This document shows, one piece after another, positions 59,640 to 64,000 of a stretch of 64,000 nt of DNA; the stretch's first letter is position 1; the number at the start of each line of letters is the position of its first letter. Location of the stretch: the NCBI GenBank assembly GCA_963751275.1, contig CAVVTZ010000009.1, forward strand, positions 64,001 through 128,000, read 5' to 3'. Origin of the DNA: an uncultured Gemmatimonadaceae bacterium (GTDB lineage: Bacteria; Gemmatimonadota; Gemmatimonadetes; Gemmatimonadales; Gemmatimonadaceae). The position numbers and the translations under genes are program-made. The notes beneath the pieces are model-generated. The model saw only the letters and a list, made by a program, of their open reading frames with translations. It was not told the origin of the DNA and made no database searches.

Positions 59640-59753
59640 ACGCCGCCTCAGCGAGAAGCGAGAGATTCGCGGCGCCGTTCAGCCGCGAAGCTCGAAGCGG
59701 TTCGAGCGTCGGCGGCTGTGCCGGGGGTGGCGGGCGCGACGGACCATCCGATG
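59640..59753. repeat. Family F4 half element (right arm)
   Basis: GCCTCAGCGAGAAGCGAGAGATTCGCGGCGCCGTTCAGCCGCGAAGCTCGAAGCGGTTCGAGCG is the reverse complement of the copy B left arm with 2 mismatches. Confidence 0.8.
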
Positions 59754-59765
59754 AGCCCCTACTTC

Positions 59766-61322
59766 CTACTCCCGCCAGCGCGCGCCCATGCGAGAAATGA
59801 ACTCGTCCGCGATCTTCGGCCCCCACGTGCCCGCCGCGTAGTTCGGGAAGTGGTCCGGTTTCTTGTTCGCCCAATACGCGATGATCGGGTCCACCGCGCT
59901 CCACGCCGCCTCCACCTCATCGCTGCGCGTGAAGCGCGTCGCGTCGCCGAGCATCGCGTCGAGCAGCAGCGTTTCGTAGGCATCGTGGCTCACGGACGAG
60001 AACGCCTCGTCATACCCGAAGTCCATGAGCACGCTCGCCGGATTCATCCCCGGCCCCGGCGTCTTCACCTCGAAACGGATCGCGATCTTCTCCTCGGGCT
60101 GGATCCCGATCACCAGCACGTTCGGCGCGATCTCCTCGCCGGCCGCCAGCGGGAACATCAGGTGCGGCGGCTGACGGAACTGGATGGCGATCTCGGTCGT
60201 GCGGCGGTTGAGCCGTTTGCCCGACCGCAGGTAGAACGGCACGCCCTGCCAGCGCCAATTGTCCACCATGAAGCGCACCGCGGCGTACGTCGCAATGCCC
60301 GATGCGGGACTCACGCCCTGCTCCTCACGGTAGCCCGGCACGGCCTTCCCGTCGATGATCCCCGCCGCGTACTGCCCGCGCACCACATACTCGTGCATCT
60401 CCTCGGGGCTCGGGCTCCGCAACGCGCGCAGCACCTTCACCTTCTCGTCGCGCACGGCGTCGGCGCTGAACGTCACCGGCGGCTCCATCGCCGCGAGCGT
60501 GAGCAACTGCAGCAGGTGGTTCTGGAACATGTCGCGCACTACGCCGGCCTGTTCGTAGTAGCCGCCGCGATGCTCCACCCCCACGCTCTCCGCCGCCGTG
60601 ATCTGCACGTGATGCACGTGCTGCCGGTTCCACACGGGCTCGAAGATCGAATTGGCGAAGCGGAACATCAGCAGGTTCTGGACGGTCTCCTTGCCCAGAT
60701 AATGATCGAGCCGGTAGATCTGCCGCTCGGAGAACGCCGCCTGCACCTCGCGGTTCAGCGTGCGCGCACTCTCGAGACTCGTGCCGAACGGCTTCTCGAT
60801 GAGCACGCGGCGGTACGGCTTGTGTGCCGGCCCCGTGGTGCGCGGCGCCACGCCGCTCGCCGAGAGCTGGGCGATGGTGGAGGGATACAGCTGCGGCGGG
60901 ATCGCGAGATAGAACAGGTGTCCGCTCCCCTCGGGCAGCGCGCATCCATCGAGCATGCTCGCGAGCCGCGCGTACGTGCCTGGATCGTTGAGCTCGCCCT
61001 GCACGTAGAAGAGCTGTTGCTCCAGCGAGAGCCAGGTCTTCGTGTCCAGCGTGCCGGGTCCGAACTCGGTGCAGCCTTTGAGCATCGCCGCGCGGAAGCT
61101 CCCCGTGTCGAGCGGCTCGCGCGCCACGCCGATCACCGCCATCTGCTCCGGCAGCACGCCGTCGGCGCGCATGTGGTAGAGCGCGGGCATCAGCTTGCGC
61201 CGCGTGAGGTCGCCGCCCGCGCCGAAGATCACGAGCGCGCACGGCTCGGCTTCGCGCGTCACGCCCGTGAGCGCCGGCATCGCGGTGGTGACGCGCACCT
61301 GCACCGAGGGGCGCGCGGTCAT
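59766..61322 (-). CDS. zwf: Glucose-6-phosphate 1-dehydrogenase
   Basis: IFGAGGDLTRRKL, IEKPFG, RLDHYLGKETVQN, RDMFQNHLLQ, RWQGVPFYLRSGK. Confidence 0.96.
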   Translation of the reverse strand: MTARPSVQVRVTTAMPALTGVTREAEPCALVIFGAGGDLTRRKLMPALYHMRADGVLPEQMAVIGVAREPLDTGSFRAAMLKGCTEFGPGTLDTKTWLSLEQQLFYVQGELNDPGTYARLASMLDGCALPEGSGHLFYLAIPPQLYPSTIAQLSASGVAPRTTGPAHKPYRRVLIEKPFGTSLESARTLNREVQAAFSERQIYRLDHYLGKETVQNLLMFRFANSIFEPVWNRQHVHHVQITAAESVGVEHRGGYYEQAGVVRDMFQNHLLQLLTLAAMEPPVTFSADAVRDEKVKVLRALRSPSPEEMHEYVVRGQYAAGIIDGKAVPGYREEQGVSPASGIATYAAVRFMVDNWRWQGVPFYLRSGKRLNRRTTEIAIQFRQPPHLMFPLAAGEEIAPNVLVIGIQPEEKIAIRFEVKTPGPGMNPASVLMDFGYDEAFSSVSHDAYETLLLDAMLGDATRFTRSDEVEAAWSAVDPIIAYWANKKPDHFPNYAAGTWGPKIADEFISRMGARWRE

Positions 61323-63292
61323 GCGGTCACCTTGGCGGCCGCGGTCCGGCGCACGGCGGTGAGCCGTCGCCAGGCGCGCAGCGTCTCGGCGACGCTCCAC
61401 GCCTGCGCGGGACAGCCGCGCGCCGCGTGCGGCGCGTCGCCATCGAAGATCTCGGAGATCTGCTCCATGCATGCCTCATCGAGATGATGTTGCAACCCGG
61501 TGAACGATCCCTGCAGCCGCGCGCGCGCGGCGTTGGTATCGCCGTCCCCATATAATGATGCATCCACGAACGCGCCAAGCAGCCAGGGCCAAACGGTACC
61601 TTGGTGGTACGCGCCGTCGCGCGACTCGGGGTCGCCCTCGCATTGGCCGCGGTACTGCGGATCCGAGGGCGCGAGTGTGCGGAGCCCCACCGGCGTCAGC
61701 AGATGCTGCGTGACGAACTTGATCATGCGCGACGCCTGCGCGCGCGCGAGCAGCGGGTACGGGAGCGACGCGGCGAAGATCTGATTGGGGCGCACGCTCA
61801 GGTCGCGTCCGCCATCGGGCGCGATCACATCATAGAGCGAGCCCGTGCCCTCATCCCAGAAGGTGGCCAGGAACGCCTCGCGCGTCCGCTCGGCGAGGCG
61901 GCGCGTCTTCGCGGCGTCCTTCTTCGTGCCGCGACGCGACTGGATCTCGCTCAGCACGCGGCGCGCGTTGTACCAGAGCGCGTTGATCTCCACCGCCTTC
62001 CCGCGGCGCGGGGTGATCACGCGGCCGTTCACGCGCGCGTCCATCCACGTGAGCGCCACGCCGTCCGCACCCTGGGTCACGAGACCGTCGGCATCCTCGC
62101 GGATCCCGAAATCGGTGCCGGCCGAGTACGCGAGCACGATGGACTCGAGCGCATCGCCGAGGGCGCCATCGGCGAGCGCGGTGTCGCCGCCCGCCAGGCG
62201 GAAATGGTGCAACGCCACGGCGAACCAGAGGCTCGCGTCCACGGTGTTGTATTCCGCTTCGGCGCCGGTGTCGGAGAAGCGGTTGGGGAGGAGCCCGCGG
62301 CGCGTGTTCGCGGCGAAGGTGGTGAGGATGCGCGCCGCATCGTCGAGACGGCCGGTGGCGCGCGTGAGCCCGGGCAGGGCGATCATCGCATCGCGCCCCC
62401 AGTCGCCGAACCACGGATAGCCCGCGATCACGGACATTCCGCGCGGCGGGCGCGCGACGGTGAACGCGGTCGCGGCCACCGCGAGGCGGCGCGTGAATGC
62501 GTCATCGGGCGTCACCTGCGCAGCCACGGTGGCGCGGCGTTTGGTCTCCGCGGCTTCGAGCGCGTCCGCGGACGCGGAGGCGCGGCCCGAGGCGTTGTAG
62601 ATGAGATCGGCCGATTTCCCCGTGGCGAGCGCGAGTTCGATCACGAACGGCGCGAAGGCATCCTCGTGGAACGCGAGCCCGCGCTCCATTTCGCGAAGGT
62701 ATTCGAAGCGCCGGAACCACTGCGGATCGCTGCGCAGATTCGCGTCGCCATAGTGCAGCGCCAGCGCGACGCCGCCCAGCGATGAGGCGCACTTCGCGAT
62801 GCCGTTCGCCGCGGCGACGTCCACCGTCCAACCATTGGCCTCGCTCCGCCGCGCGTGATGATCGCGGCACACGAAGAACGGCCGCACCGCCAGCGTGCAC
62901 GGGGCGCCTTCGAGGAGTTTGTACCGAACCACCGTGCTGTTCGCGCCGCGCACCATGAAGAGACGCCGCTCGATGCGCGCGTCGCCCACGCGATACACCC
63001 ACGTCGGGAATGGCGCGGCGCTGAACGATTCGATGTGCGTCCAGCCGTCCGGTGACACGGCGCCGGGGTACTGATGCGCCGAAAGGTAGACCGGCGGATC
63101 GCGCACGATCCACTCATCCCACGTCGTGATGATCAGCTCGCGTTCCGCGGGCGACCGGTTGTTCGCGACGAGCAATCCGTGATAGCCGCGCGTGCCCGCG
63201 CCGGACACGGTGCCCATTGCGTAGCCGCCCAGTCCGTTCGTCTCGAGCCACTCGAGCGCGGCGAGCGACGCGAAGTCGGAGGGGAGCGTCAC
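61319..63292 (-). CDS. Amylo-alpha-1,6-glucosidase (glycogen debranching enzyme)
   Basis: EWLETNGLGGYA, IAGYPWFGDWGRD, LTWMDA, YHQGTVWPWL, QAWSVAE. Confidence 0.92.
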   Translation of the reverse strand: MTLPSDFASLAALEWLETNGLGGYAMGTVSGAGTRGYHGLLVANNRSPAERELIITTWDEWIVRDPPVYLSAHQYPGAVSPDGWTHIESFSAAPFPTWVYRVGDARIERRLFMVRGANSTVVRYKLLEGAPCTLAVRPFFVCRDHHARRSEANGWTVDVAAANGIAKCASSLGGVALALHYGDANLRSDPQWFRRFEYLREMERGLAFHEDAFAPFVIELALATGKSADLIYNASGRASASADALEAAETKRRATVAAQVTPDDAFTRRLAVAATAFTVARPPRGMSVIAGYPWFGDWGRDAMIALPGLTRATGRLDDAARILTTFAANTRRGLLPNRFSDTGAEAEYNTVDASLWFAVALHHFRLAGGDTALADGALGDALESIVLAYSAGTDFGIREDADGLVTQGADGVALTWMDARVNGRVITPRRGKAVEINALWYNARRVLSEIQSRRGTKKDAAKTRRLAERTREAFLATFWDEGTGSLYDVIAPDGGRDLSVRPNQIFAASLPYPLLARAQASRMIKFVTQHLLTPVGLRTLAPSDPQYRGQCEGDPESRDGAYHQGTVWPWLLGAFVDASLYGDGDTNAARARLQGSFTGLQHHLDEACMEQISEIFDGDAPHAARGCPAQAWSVAETLRAWRRLTAVRRTAAAKVTA

Positions 63293-64000
63293 GAAGCGGA
63301 GGCGGCGGAGCGGCGCGCGGCGCGCGGCTGCCGGCCAGCGACGCGCTCGAGACCGCAGCGCACGCGCAGGTCCTGGATCACGTGCATGTAGTAGATGTAC
63401 GCGTCGTACGGCGAGCCGTAGGGGCTGAAATACTTGTGGACGTCGCCGTCCGCGAACCACTTGAGGCACATGTAATAGAAGTGGTCGCTCGTGAGCAGCC
63501 GGCGCCAATCCTGCAGCAGCGCGGCGTCACCCAGCGCGAGCACCGGCTCGCGCAGCGCATAGATCGCCTTCGCCGCTTCGGTCTGCAGGCTGTTGCCCAT
63601 CCACGCCGTGAGGTCGCGGTCCACATCCGCCCACGAGATCCATTCGGGGCAGTGGAGCACGTCGCGCGCGGGCAGATCGTGCACGAGCTCGGACGGCGTC
63701 GCGAAGCGCAGCTGCGGGTAGCGCAGGATCTCGCCCGGCAGGGCGCGCAGGAAATCGAAGATCCCCGTGGCTTGCCACTGGTGCTCGCCGAACGTCTCGT
63801 AATCGAGGAAGAGGTTCACCGTCTCCATCGATCCGTCGAGCGCGCGCACCCACGCCGCGAACTTCGGCGCGGTGAGCGGCCAGTCGCGCCAGCTGCGCTC
63901 GGAGAAGCGGAACGCGATGTCGTCGGAGAGCTGCGCGTACTTGGTGAGCACCACGAGCTGCTCGGCGCCGGCGGCCTTGAACGCCTGGCCCGGCGAGCGG
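63289..64000 (-). CDS. GH57 alpha-amylase/glycoside hydrolase, 3' part; start lies outside the window
   Basis: LSDDIAFRFS, DYETFGEHQW, LLTSDHFYYM, YFSPYGSPYDAY. Confidence 0.9.
   Translation of the reverse strand, partial: RSPGQAFKAAGAEQLVVLTKYAQLSDDIAFRFSERSWRDWPLTAPKFAAWVRALDGSMETVNLFLDYETFGEHQWQATGIFDFLRALPGEILRYPQLRFATPSELVHDLPARDVLHCPEWISWADVDRDLTAWMGNSLQTEAAKAIYALREPVLALGDAALLQDWRRLLTSDHFYYMCLKWFADGDVHKYFSPYGSPYDAYIYYMHVIQDLRVRCGLERVAGRQPRAARRSAASAS

Overview
High-GC (roughly 70% by eye) bacterial chromosome segment; gene content (DUF1800/DUF1501 pair, Hanks kinases with TPRs, split PntA, PIG-L/NEW3 protein) suggests Gemmatimonadota (inference). It encodes mostly housekeeping and transport genes: metK, pntAA/pntAB/pntB, a type IV pilin, sucA, an Fe3+/thiamine-type ABC transporter, NDH-2, an MFS exporter, a BMP-family nucleoside ABC transporter, yyaL, fluC+DUF190, an M20 dipeptidase, rho, zwf, a glycogen debranching enzyme and a GH57. 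Many genes carry single-base frameshifts that look like long-read assembly errors. No rRNA, tRNA, CRISPR array, transposase or integrase was recognised. Two features stand out. (1) A candidate peptide-signalling module at 44.9-49.5 kb: a 43-aa unannotated secreted/lipo-peptide gene, convergent with a 413-aa all-helical TPR protein and divergent from a pseudo-receiver-AraC regulator plus a single-domain response regulator, with a stand-alone HisKA protein nearby. This recalls Rap-Phr/RRNPP logic but in a probable diderm. (2) A dense set of intergenic palindromic repeat families, several with 7/14/21-nt periodicity, that often bracket accessory genes. One related element is a four-helix-bundle (IVS protein/Avd-like) gene inserted antisense inside an ABC operon between 60-bp inverted repeats whose mismatches are mostly G-U on the mRNA strand.
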